Shown here: positions 55,564-64,000 of the stretch, piece after piece
Layout: every line of letters starts with the position of its first letter
How positions within the stretch are numbered: position 1 is the stretch's first letter
Assembly (NCBI GenBank): GCA_937973965.1
Contig: CALJJQ010000031.1
Span: forward strand, 33,635-97,634
DNA: 64,000 bases
From: an uncultured Calothrix sp.
GTDB lineage: Bacteria > Cyanobacteriota > Cyanobacteriia > Cyanobacteriales > Nostocaceae
Direction: 5' to 3'
Notes under the pieces: model-generated
What the model saw: the letters and a program-made list of their open reading frames with translations, nothing else
Database searches by the model: none
What the model was told of the DNA's origin: nothing
Translations under genes and position numbers: made by a program

Positions 55564-55575
55564 AATACAAACCCA

Positions 55576-57777
55576 TCACACTGCAACCATTTCTTGTTCC
55601 TGGGGGGATAAACTGCCAAAAAAGTCGTAATAATCCAGCGCTTCTAATATTCCCCAAGCATGATGACCCTTGGCAAAATAGATTTGTGAGTAGCCACGGA
55701 GTTTTTCAATCTCCTGACTATAGTTACCAACTACCACTCCTAATGTATTACCAGCTAGCATCGATTCATCATTACCCGACGCACCTGCAACTAAAAAGCG
55801 TTTAATTGGTAATCCCCACTTGAGGGCACTATAGCGAATTGCATCACCTTTAGATGCGCGAATTGGTAATAAATCTAGATACATATTATGGCTAAATATG
55901 CCCTTCACATGCAGTCTACGCCGACGCAGGTGTCGCATAATCTCTCGAAAACTCAGCGATTTTTGAATATCAACAAAGTAGCTGATTTTAAATTTGCCTT
56001 GACCTTCCGGTGGTTGCAACTCAATTCCCGGTAATTCCGCTAAAGCTTGTCGAACTTCTTCTGGTTGCCAGCGATAATTGATATGTCTTTGCCAATTCGT
56101 GTCCAGAACCACTTTTGGTCCATAGTATATTTCGCTACCGGTGGAAACAATTAATAAATCTGGCATGGGAAAGCGCCATTCTTCCAACATTTCCAGTGTG
56201 CTGGGTAAATTTCGACCAGTGGCAATGCCGACTCCAGTTGTATTTCCCTCACTACGCAAGCGTTCAATGAGTTTTTTCAACGCTTCCTGATCCCCTAATA
56301 GGGTATTATCAATTTCGCACACCAAGAATCGATCTGCAGTTGGTAAACGGTTGGTTTCCGGAACTTGCCAATCGGGTAGATTATCTGCTGGTGCTTGACG
56401 TAGGGGACTGAGTAAAGATTGAACACGTAATTGTTTGAGTTGTTGAACCTGTTTTAAGTAACTTTTGACGTGACTATCCCAGGAGAAATGTGTACGAACA
56501 TTACTCAAGCCATTCTTTGACCATTCTTGCCACTGTTTTTTGTCTGTGAGTGCCAGTTTTAAGGCATCTTGAATCTGTTGAATATTCAGGGGATCAATGA
56601 GTTGACCATTATGACAAGCTGCAAGAATATCGCGAGGACCCCCATCTGCGGTGGCAATAATTGGCACTCCACAGGCTGTGGCTTCAATTAAGGTTAAACC
56701 AAAGGGTTCGGTCAAGGCTGGGTTAATAAACACTCCTTGGGTTTTGGTTAATAATCGATATAATTCCGGTACATCATCGGCTGTATGGTGTTTGGGATAG
56801 GCAACATGTCCGTAAAGGTCGTAGCGGTCAATTAGTTGGAGTATTTCCGTTAAAACTTGACGTGGACCCGATTCCATCGTCGTAATATCGTCACGATTCC
56901 CTAACACTAAAAGTAGATTCGCTAACTGACGTAATTCCGGGTCTTCCCCGTAGGATTTGACCAGGGTACTGACATTTTTACGAATTGCTGGTCGCGATAA
57001 CGCCATAATGATTGGCTTATTGGGGTCTTGGAGAAATCTGTAAATTTCTTGGGTAATTTGGGGAGGTTGCCAATCTTTTGGTGGGGGATAGAATTGATCA
57101 AGGGCTACACCGGGAGGAATCACAACCATCCGTTTTGGTTGGTAATGGTCGTACATTCCGTACTGTTGGACAACTTCTTGGTTTGTGCTGGCAATAATTA
57201 GGGAAGCACTGGCTAAGGTTGTTTCTTCAGCTTCGATGCGGGTACTGATGTTAAAATTATTTTCGATGGATTCGGGTTTGCCGCCATTTTCTAATAGTCT
57301 CTGCCGTTTTACCCTTCCTAGGGAGTGACCTGTATGTACTAGGGGAACCCCTAACCACCCTGCTACCCGACAAGCGACGTAACCTGCATCGGCATAATGG
57401 GAATGAATTACGTCCGGTAATTGACCAATTTGACGCAGATACCTCAGTAACTCATCGGCAAAACCATCTAAATAGGGCCACAGAACTTCTTTGCGTAGGT
57501 AGCGACGTGGACCACAATTAAGGCGAACTATTTGGGTTTTATCATTTAACACTTCAATGGATTTGCCATAGTCGGGACTGACCTTGGGGTCGTGAACTGC
57601 ACGAGTCACCAAGTCAACTCTTTTGACTTCTGGATTAGCTGCTAAAGCCAAGGCTAGCTCCAATACGTATTTTATTTGTCCACCCGTATCTGCATCACGA
57701 CCTAGTTCTAAATTATCTCCGCGAATTAAGCCGTGAACGCTAACCAGAAGAATGTATAATCCTGAGCTATTTAACAT
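55576..57777 (-). CDS. sps: sucrose-phosphate synthase (GT-B glycosyltransferase fused to an SPP-like HAD domain)
   Basis: YILLVSVHGLIRG..ELGRDADTGGQIKYVLELA, EPFGLTLIEA, and a C-terminal HAD-like domain (LVCEIDNTLLGD, GIATGRN, AGASGNDESML). The ORF is open to 57813. Confidence 0.88.
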   Translation of the reverse strand: MLNSSGLYILLVSVHGLIRGDNLELGRDADTGGQIKYVLELALALAANPEVKRVDLVTRAVHDPKVSPDYGKSIEVLNDKTQIVRLNCGPRRYLRKEVLWPYLDGFADELLRYLRQIGQLPDVIHSHYADAGYVACRVAGWLGVPLVHTGHSLGRVKRQRLLENGGKPESIENNFNISTRIEAEETTLASASLIIASTNQEVVQQYGMYDHYQPKRMVVIPPGVALDQFYPPPKDWQPPQITQEIYRFLQDPNKPIIMALSRPAIRKNVSTLVKSYGEDPELRQLANLLLVLGNRDDITTMESGPRQVLTEILQLIDRYDLYGHVAYPKHHTADDVPELYRLLTKTQGVFINPALTEPFGLTLIEATACGVPIIATADGGPRDILAACHNGQLIDPLNIQQIQDALKLALTDKKQWQEWSKNGLSNVRTHFSWDSHVKSYLKQVQQLKQLRVQSLLSPLRQAPADNLPDWQVPETNRLPTADRFLVCEIDNTLLGDQEALKKLIERLRSEGNTTGVGIATGRNLPSTLEMLEEWRFPMPDLLIVSTGSEIYYGPKVVLDTNWQRHINYRWQPEEVRQALAELPGIELQPPEGQGKFKISYFVDIQKSLSFREIMRHLRRRRLHVKGIFSHNMYLDLLPIRASKGDAIRYSALKWGLPIKRFLVAGASGNDESMLAGNTLGVVVGNYSQEIEKLRGYSQIYFAKGHHAWGILEALDYYDFFGSLSPQEQEMVAV

Positions 57778-58267
57778 TGTGAATTCCTTTGCAACTGTGT
57801 GTTTGGTAGGCAAAATAGATGTAACTAACTGGCTATTTAGGGCAGAAATAGATGAATCATGAATACGATTATGGGGACACTATAAAGTACAGTTTAGTTT
57901 ACTTTGGTCATCGGATATAGATAATTATGCCTATACCTAAAGGAGTATTTTAGGAAAATGTAAATTCTACTAACGTATCTTGATATCTGGCTCAAATTAT
58001 CATCAAAATATTCATCATGTTTCCATCTGTTGCCGATAGATTCATGATTTTACTGATGGTGTTTATAAATATTATATATGTCTGGTTGCAGCACTGAACG
58101 TTCTATTTGTTGTGGATGCTGCTTTTTGCCATAAAATGGGGTTTCACACCAGGTGTTGGCAAGGTTTTTATTGTCATTAATTGGGCGCATCGGAAATATA
58201 AAAGCGGTTTTTGGTGAGTTTTTTGAATTTGAAAACGCACTGGCAAAAAATCTGCAATCTGCCGTAT

Positions 58268-59407
58268 TTAATCGATGGATGCTAATGCGATCGCAGCGTT
58301 TGTTCCACCAAAGCCGAAGCTCCAGCAGATAATATTTTGGACGGGTATTTCTTTGGCTGTATTTAATAGGTTTAAAGAAAATTCTGAGTTATTTAAGCCA
58401 ACGCAGGGGGGTAATATTTGGGTTTTTAGTGCCATCAAAGAAAAAGCTACACCCAAGGCTCCTGATGCTCCAATTGTATGACCAGTTGCTCCTTTGGTGG
58501 AACTGACGTAGGGATGGTTAGTAAATACGGTTTGAATAATTTGGCTTTCGACTGTATCGTTACGGATGGTTGCAGTGCCGTGGGCATGAATGTATTCTAT
58601 ATCACTTACTTGTCGGGAACTGCGTTGCAGACATTTTTGAATGGCGATAATTGCACTTTTACCACTTGGGTCGGGAGCATTGGGGTGATATGCATCGTTG
58701 GTGAGGGCGAAACCGAGAATTTCTCCGTAAATCTGCGCTTGACGCTGCTGGGCTAGCTCTAAGGACTCTAAAACTAGTATTGCTCCTCCTTCCCCTAAAA
58801 CTAATCCCTGTCGTTCTCGGTCAAAGGGATAGGCTCCGGTTTTTGCTAAGGCTCCCATTTGCCGAAAACCCGTAATGGTTAATGGTGTAATTGGTGCTTC
58901 TATTGCCCCCGTAATTACTCGGTGACATTGACCAGATTGAATTAAGGAAGTTGCTTGGGCGATCGCGACAATTCCCGTTGCACAGGCTGCCATTGGTGCT
59001 TGGACAATACCAGTTGCTCCAATTTTTCGCGCAATCGCGATCGCATTCATATGGGGTAAGTTTTCTAACCAGTTTTCCGCCTGGTTTTTATCCGTGTATC
59101 CACTGCGAGTAAGGGCTTCCCACTGAGCTTGAAATCCCCGACTCGACCCAATCACGACCCCTGTATCCACTAAGGGGGAGGATAGTGATAAACCTGCATC
59201 TAACAGTGCGGAGGTGAGGATAGGTGCGGTAATTTCCCCTAGTGTTTGCGGTCGATCAGCAATCATCCCTAGGGGTAAAGGTTCTAGTTCCGGAAAGGGT
59301 TGATGGATTTTGCTCCCTGATTGACCTGCGATTAAATTTTGCCAGCTAGTTTGTAAACTTGTTCCTAGGGCTGATTGTAAACCCATACCTGTAACGACGA
59401 CCCGCAT
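58268..59407 (-). CDS. beta-ketoacyl-ACP synthase family protein (short, stand-alone)
   Basis: 379 aa. The Cys-His-His triad context is present: PMAACATG, HAHGTAT, GHTIGASG. C-terminus FGFGGTNAAI. Confidence 0.85.
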   Translation of the reverse strand: MRVVVTGMGLQSALGTSLQTSWQNLIAGQSGSKIHQPFPELEPLPLGMIADRPQTLGEITAPILTSALLDAGLSLSSPLVDTGVVIGSSRGFQAQWEALTRSGYTDKNQAENWLENLPHMNAIAIARKIGATGIVQAPMAACATGIVAIAQATSLIQSGQCHRVITGAIEAPITPLTITGFRQMGALAKTGAYPFDRERQGLVLGEGGAILVLESLELAQQRQAQIYGEILGFALTNDAYHPNAPDPSGKSAIIAIQKCLQRSSRQVSDIEYIHAHGTATIRNDTVESQIIQTVFTNHPYVSSTKGATGHTIGASGALGVAFSLMALKTQILPPCVGLNNSEFSLNLLNTAKEIPVQNIICWSFGFGGTNAAIALASID

Positions 59408-59450
59408 TTGGATTTTGGATTTTGGATTTTAGATTTTAGATTTTAGATTG
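59408..59450. repeat. GATTTTG/GATTTTA heptamer array directly upstream of the KAS start codon
   Basis: TTGGATTTTGGATTTTGGATTTTAGATTTTAGATTTTAGATTG begins 1 nt after the start codon (59405-59407). Confidence 0.9.
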
Positions 59451-59487
59451 AATATATCAAGAAGTAAGTCGGTGTAAAGAAATCAGG

Positions 59488-59543
59488 GGTTGCTGAATAC
59501 AAATATGAATTGAAAATTTGACGTTGTGTAGAGACGTAGAATC
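59488..59543 (+). repeat. second copy of the 478-535 repeat, with a truncated hairpin
   Basis: Direct sequence identity with 478-535. The hairpin's right arm is replaced by AATCGCCACCC. Confidence 0.9.
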
Positions 59544-59821
59544 GCCACCCAAGTGTCAACAACCCTACATCTAAGATTTCACAAATCTCGCTCGGACTGC
59601 TGTATATTCACGTTAATTCAAAAAAAAAAATGGATTTATTTCCACCGTGTCAAATTTTGATGACATATTCGGCAAAAATAAATCCGGTTGGTAATCCTTT
59701 TCTGATTACTCTTCCCTCTTACCTTGGTTGTAAATAGGGAGTGGGGAGTAGGGAGTAGTGAATAGTAGGAAAAAATACTTTCCTAGGTTGGTGTTAGCTT
59801 TACATATAGGCTGTTCCACTA

Positions 59822-60646
59822 TTACTCATTAGGTTTTTTGAGATTTTCTGCACCTTCAGTCACCTTAGCGGAATCAATGCGATCGCCTTGTTGAATTTTG
59901 TTTACCACATCCATTCCCTCGGTGACATAACCAAATACAGCATAATCACCATCTAGGAAACCCAATTCCGTCAGAGCAAAATAAAACTGGGAAGAAGCGG
60001 AATTTGGTAATTGCGATCGCGCCATTGCCACTGCACCTAATTTATGATTTAACTCCGGTGGTTGGGAAATTTTCGCCTCTTTGAAGGTTTTACCGTAAAT
60101 CGGTTCAGCTGCTCCTTTGGGTTTAATTTCTAAGGGTACGTATCTCACATTCTTGGTTTCAGGGTCAATAAAACTACCCGTACCTAAGCGCTGAATGGGG
60201 AATTTTTCATCTTTTCCTTGGGGGTCGCCTCCCTGAACAACGAAAGGTTGGGGTTCACGGACGACACGGTGAAATACCAAACCGTCATAAACCCCGCGTT
60301 GAACCAAGTCAACAAAATTACCCGCCGTAATGGGTGCGTTATTCCCATCGACTTCGATGGTGATTGGCGAACCTTTAACGGTCATGACCACCGTTGCTTT
60401 GCCTTCCAGTCTTGGTATATTTTTCATTCCGGGAATAACCTCTTTTGTTGTATTGTTTGCGATTTTCTCTTCCCCATCCTCCGTTTTCGTGGATTGAGGA
60501 CTGGATTTAACAGCTTGACTTGTAGCAGCAGCAAGGGCAGAATTAATGGCGTTGTTGGAGATTGAGGACTGATTTGCACATCCATTCAGAGTCAGCACTG
60601 TGAGAAAAAGAAAGGTAATGCAAAATCTGGATAACTTCAACCGCAT
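59822..60646 (-). CDS. cyclophilin-type peptidyl-prolyl isomerase, lipoprotein
   Basis: Lipobox [26 protein letters not shown]...[23 protein letters not shown]. Confidence 0.9.
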   Translation of the reverse strand: MRLKLSRFCITFLFLTVLTLNGCANQSSISNNAINSALAAATSQAVKSSPQSTKTEDGEEKIANNTTKEVIPGMKNIPRLEGKATVVMTVKGSPITIEVDGNNAPITAGNFVDLVQRGVYDGLVFHRVVREPQPFVVQGGDPQGKDEKFPIQRLGTGSFIDPETKNVRYVPLEIKPKGAAEPIYGKTFKEAKISQPPELNHKLGAVAMARSQLPNSASSQFYFALTELGFLDGDYAVFGYVTEGMDVVNKIQQGDRIDSAKVTEGAENLKKPNE

Positions 60647-60810
60647 GGTTCAGATTTAAATTCGACCACCGTATCTTAATACTCTCCAGGCGATTTTGGG
60701 GTGAAAATATACAAATTCAGTCTGAAATTCTACCACAGATGGTAGCTACTGCTTCCTAGTTTGAGGCAGAATTCTTCGTCTTGGATGTCCCCGCGCTTTA
60801 ATATATAAGG

Positions 60811-60995
60811 GTGCTATACCCGCAGGGTTGTCGTAGACTAGCGCAACTACGCGCCTTTCCTCACCCATTGAAAGTAATAAGGTGGAGTACAAGTACAAGT
60901 CGGTGGAAATACCCCTACCATTTTCCTAGCTCCCATGCTCCGCGTGGGAGTCCAAGGGTGTGAGGCTCCAGCCTCGTGAAAGAAGGCGGAGCCTT
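60811..60995. repeat. composite of small GC-rich hairpin repeats
   Basis: 60811-60848 is the reverse complement of 53429-53466 (~34/38). Hairpins: CTCCCATGCTCCGCGTGGGAG (60930-60950), GAGGCTCCAGCCTC (60962-60975), AAGGCGGAGCCTT (60983-60995). A related CCCACGCGGAGCAT.GGGA lies at 33266-33285. Confidence 0.8.
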
Positions 60996-61120
60996 CATTC
61001 ACTGGGTGACCACGCAGAGTATAGTCACCAGATAAATGGTCTGGATATTTCCGCCAACCCATACTAGTAGAAAAATCAACCTACGATTCAACGCTTATCA
61101 CTTGCTCCCCATACAGGATA

Positions 61121-62154
61121 TCAGGGTCTGTTTTCAGTAATAAGGTAGAAGCAGTTCTGATAGGCTTTACCTCCACCTAAACGCCAGTTTCCGGTAAAAG
61201 GTCGAACGTATCTAGTTCCGTAGGACTTGACTAGCACCTCATAGTTTCCGGGATTGAGGACATAGGTTCCCACAGGACCTTTTTTGGGACAAGAGGAGGG
61301 GAGATTTGCTGTTGTGTAGGATTGACAGTCATTGCAAGGGGGTAATTCTTCCACTTTCGGTGTTGGTCCGCTCAAAACAATTCGCATCGGTTCTGGAGAA
61401 TCGTTCTGAATTGTAATTTGGGTTGAGCCATCCCTGGTTACACCCGATTGTCCGGGGGAAGGAATTTTACCGCTACTTTTGCTTTTCGCATCCTTGACTA
61501 AGGCTGCTGCATAGGCTTTTTTGACTTCTGCTTTTGCAGGGTGTTCGGGAAACTGATCAAGGAATTTTTCGTAGAGAGCGATCGCTTGAGTCGGTTGCTT
61601 TTGGGAAACGAATAATTCCCCACAATCTTGATAAAGCTTAGGAATCAGATTCCGAAATTCTGAAAGTCCTGCCATCTTTTCTAGGGATTCGAGTTTTTGA
61701 CAAGCAAGATTCCCCCCCAAGATTGGGATTGATGGCGAACAAGATTGAGTGCTAGTGCTTCACCCAAGGGAAAACTGAGTGAACTGTTGGGATATCGTTC
61801 CGCAAACTGACCTGCCATACCTAGCATCTGTGCGGGTTGATTCGCTGCAACAATGGATTGGTAGGTTCGACATTCTTGACGGTAGACAATCGCTTTCGCA
61901 ATTCGATCACTACCATCATCACTGGGTTGGCGATCGCCAAGTTGAATAACTTTATCGGCGATCGCTTGCTCACACTGTCCCGATTCGTAAGCCTGTACTG
62001 CTTCCTCAAATTTACGATTTTCCAACCAATTCATGGTAAACAAGGTTAGGCTGCCGAATACACCAACACCAATTAAAATCAATCTCCAGTAACTACCAGA
62101 GGGTGGAGTTGTGTTTGAATAGTTTCTAGTCATATGTATGTAACCCTTTTTCAA
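61121..62154 (-). pseudogene. membrane-anchored TPR-like protein split by a frameshift in a G7 (C7 on + strand) run
   Basis: ORFs 61681-62154 and 61121-61720 overlap at C7 (61712-61718). Adding one G gives a continuous reading ...RHQSQSWGGNLACQKLESLEKMAGL..., about 344 aa. Confidence 0.7.
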
Positions 62155-62293
62155 GACTGTAAGTCTGTTGTTAATTACTTATTTCGGTTACAAAGGAAGT
62201 AATGCATTGTGATATAGGCAATCACCTAACTTGCAAGGTCTGCATCTTTCCAATCGCTGATGAACATATGACCAGTCGTAGAAACGTAATATA

Positions 62294-64000
62294 TTACGTC
62301 TCCACGATGACGGAACCAAATCCCCCACCCCCAGGGGTTTCGATGACAAATACATCCCCTGGATGAACCACAACTTCTGCCTTCCCTGCTAAAATCTCCT
62401 CTGTACCATCAGAACGCACAATCAAATTACGTCCTGTTTTCCCCGGTTGACCACCCATCAATCCAAAGGGAGGGACAATCCGGTGTCCCGATAGAATTGC
62501 TGCTGTCATGGTTTCGCGGAAACGTAGGCGACGAATTACACCATTACCACCCCGGTATTTACCGATGCCGCCACTATGGGTACGGATGGCAAATTCCTCA
62601 AGGATGACGGGAAATCGCCATTCTAAGACTTCTGGGTCGGTAAGGCGTGAATTGGTCATATGGGTGTGAACGGCATCCGCACCATCAAAACTGGCTCCGG
62701 CTCCAGAACCGCCACAAATTGTTTCATAGTACTGGTAGTGCTGATTACCAAAGGTAAAATTATTCATAGTCCCTTGGGAAGCTGCCATTACTCCTAATGC
62801 ACCATAGAGAGCATTTGCGATCGCTTGGGAGGTTTCCACATTGCCAGCGACGACTGCTGCAGGGGGACGGGGATTGAGTAAGCAGCCTTCGGGGACGATG
62901 ATTTCCAAGGGTTTCAAACAGCCGGCGTTGAGGGGGATATCATCGGCAACCAGGGTACGGAAGACATAGAGAACAACGGCTTTACAAACTGCTAGGGGTG
63001 CGTTGAGATTGGTGGGTTGCTGGGGGGAAGTGCCTGTAAAATCAATGCGGGCGGAGCGAATGGCTGCATCAATTTGGATTTCCACACAGATTTGACAGAT
63101 GTGGCAATTATTCCCTAAACTAGCTGCGTCTGGCGCGTCTACATCCAGTTGATAGGTGAATTTGCCGGGTTTTAGCACCTCAATGGCTCGCCGCACCGAC
63201 GCTTCCGCATTATCCTGAATGTACTGCATATAGGTTTGTACCGTGTCCAACCCATAGGTGGCTACCAAACGGCACAGTTCCTGTACTCCTCGTTCATTGG
63301 CGGCAATCTGGGCTTGCAGATCACCCAAATTTTGCATCGGATTACGGGTAGGATAGGGGCTATTGGTCAGCACGTCTAGTAATTCTGCTTCTAGAAAGCG
63401 TCCCTGGTCTACGATTTGCAGATTATCTAGTAAAATGCCCTCTTGGTCGATTGATTGGCTGTAGGGCGGCATCGAACCCGGTGTGATACCACCAATATCG
63501 GCATGGTGTCCACGGGAAGCAACATAAAAGATGGGTGTGGTGTGTCCGGGAAGAAATACGGGGGTGATGACCGTGATATCGGGGAGGTGAGTACCACCGT
63601 TGTAGGGATTATTGGCAGCAAAGACATCTCCCGGTTTCATGGTGCTGCCTTTGACACGAATTAAACTACCCACACTGTCACCCATAGAACCCAAATGCAC
63701 AGGAATATGGGGAGCGTTTGCCACTAGTTGTCCCTGCTGATCAAAAATGGCACAGGAGAAATCCAGTCGTTCTTTGATATTTACTGAGTAGCTGGTATTT
63801 TGTAAAACAATGCCCATTTCCTCGGCGATGGATTGGAAGAGATTGTTAAAAATCTCTAACATGACTGGATCGGGTCTGGTGGTTGTGGCAATGGGGAGAG
63901 ATGGGATGGTGGCAATTTCCTCGACTTTGCTTAAAGTCAAATAGTTTTGGGGTGTCACTTCCGCATACCAACCCGGTTCAATGACATTGGTTCCCGTAGC
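62294..64000 (-). CDS. hydantoinase B / 5-oxoprolinase family protein, C-terminal (HyuB) part; continues beyond the window
   Basis: NPYNGGTHLPDITV, GNVETSQ, and FGNQHYQYYETICGGSGAG are typical HyuB/oxoprolinase motifs. The frame stays open upstream of GTG 63958 to the window edge (ATGTNVIEPGWYAEV). Confidence 0.88.
   Translation of the reverse strand, partial: ATGTNVIEPGWYAEVTPQNYLTLSKVEEIATIPSLPIATTTRPDPVMLEIFNNLFQSIAEEMGIVLQNTSYSVNIKERLDFSCAIFDQQGQLVANAPHIPVHLGSMGDSVGSLIRVKGSTMKPGDVFAANNPYNGGTHLPDITVITPVFLPGHTTPIFYVASRGHHADIGGITPGSMPPYSQSIDQEGILLDNLQIVDQGRFLEAELLDVLTNSPYPTRNPMQNLGDLQAQIAANERGVQELCRLVATYGLDTVQTYMQYIQDNAEASVRRAIEVLKPGKFTYQLDVDAPDAASLGNNCHICQICVEIQIDAAIRSARIDFTGTSPQQPTNLNAPLAVCKAVVLYVFRTLVADDIPLNAGCLKPLEIIVPEGCLLNPRPPAAVVAGNVETSQAIANALYGALGVMAASQGTMNNFTFGNQHYQYYETICGGSGAGASFDGADAVHTHMTNSRLTDPEVLEWRFPVILEEFAIRTHSGGIGKYRGGNGVIRRLRFRETMTAAILSGHRIVPPFGLMGGQPGKTGRNLIVRSDGTEEILAGKAEVVVHPGDVFVIETPGGGGFGSVIVET

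Noticed and set aside
58053-58190. 45-aa minus-strand ORF (MRPINDNKNLANTWCETPFYGKKQHPQQ...) between the SPS and KAS genes
   Set aside because: It has no RBS, no recognisable family and is very short. It cannot be supported from sequence alone.
60847-61062. 71-aa ORF (MGWRKYPDHLSGDYTLRGHPVNEGSAFFHEAGASHPWTPTRSMGARK...)
   Set aside because: It is translated entirely from stacked GC-rich hairpin repeats (CTCCCATGCTCCGCGTGGGAG, GAGGCTCCAGCCTC, AAGGCGGAGCCTT). Related repeats occur at 33266-33285 and 53429-53466. This is a repeat artefact, not a gene.

Overview
This 64-kb window looks like chromosomal DNA from a filamentous, Nostocales-type cyanobacterium. I infer that from the dense HIP1 octamer GCGATCGC, the heptamer (STRR-like) tandem arrays, the many GTAsAGACG...CGTCTsTAC hairpin repeats, and the gene content (gun4, hli, ftrV, homogentisate phytyltransferase, SLH-OprB porin, sucrose-phosphate synthase). 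All protein calls rest on motifs I recognise in the supplied translations; no database search was run. I call about 45 protein genes. Most are housekeeping or core metabolism: sppA (partial), aroH, icd, uvrA, glmU, ppc, def, a phosphohexomutase, a cyclophilin, a KAS, and a partial 5-oxoprolinase/hydantoinase. Three genes are decayed: a frameshifted Uma2 nuclease, a 5'-truncated carotenoid oxygenase abutting gun4, and a TPR-like membrane protein split at a G7 run. I recognised no rRNA, tRNA, CRISPR array, transposase or integrase. Intergenic DNA is saturated with small non-autonomous repeats: hairpin repeats, mosaic 50-170-bp modules, TIR-bounded elements with heptamer cores, and one 669-bp ORF-less foldback element. 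I see no convincing novel multi-gene system such as a defence island. Five items seem most worth follow-up. (1) An 859-aa fusion of a cNMP-binding domain, a degenerate sigma54-type AAA+ domain and a NapH-like polyferredoxin membrane domain. (2) An MBOAT gene paired with a 1013-aa protein that has four unrecognised N-terminal repeat modules and a DltD/DUF1574-like domain. (3) The 669-bp foldback element at 33177-33845. (4) Two candidate small RNAs. (5) The recurrent half-hairpin tandem duplications.
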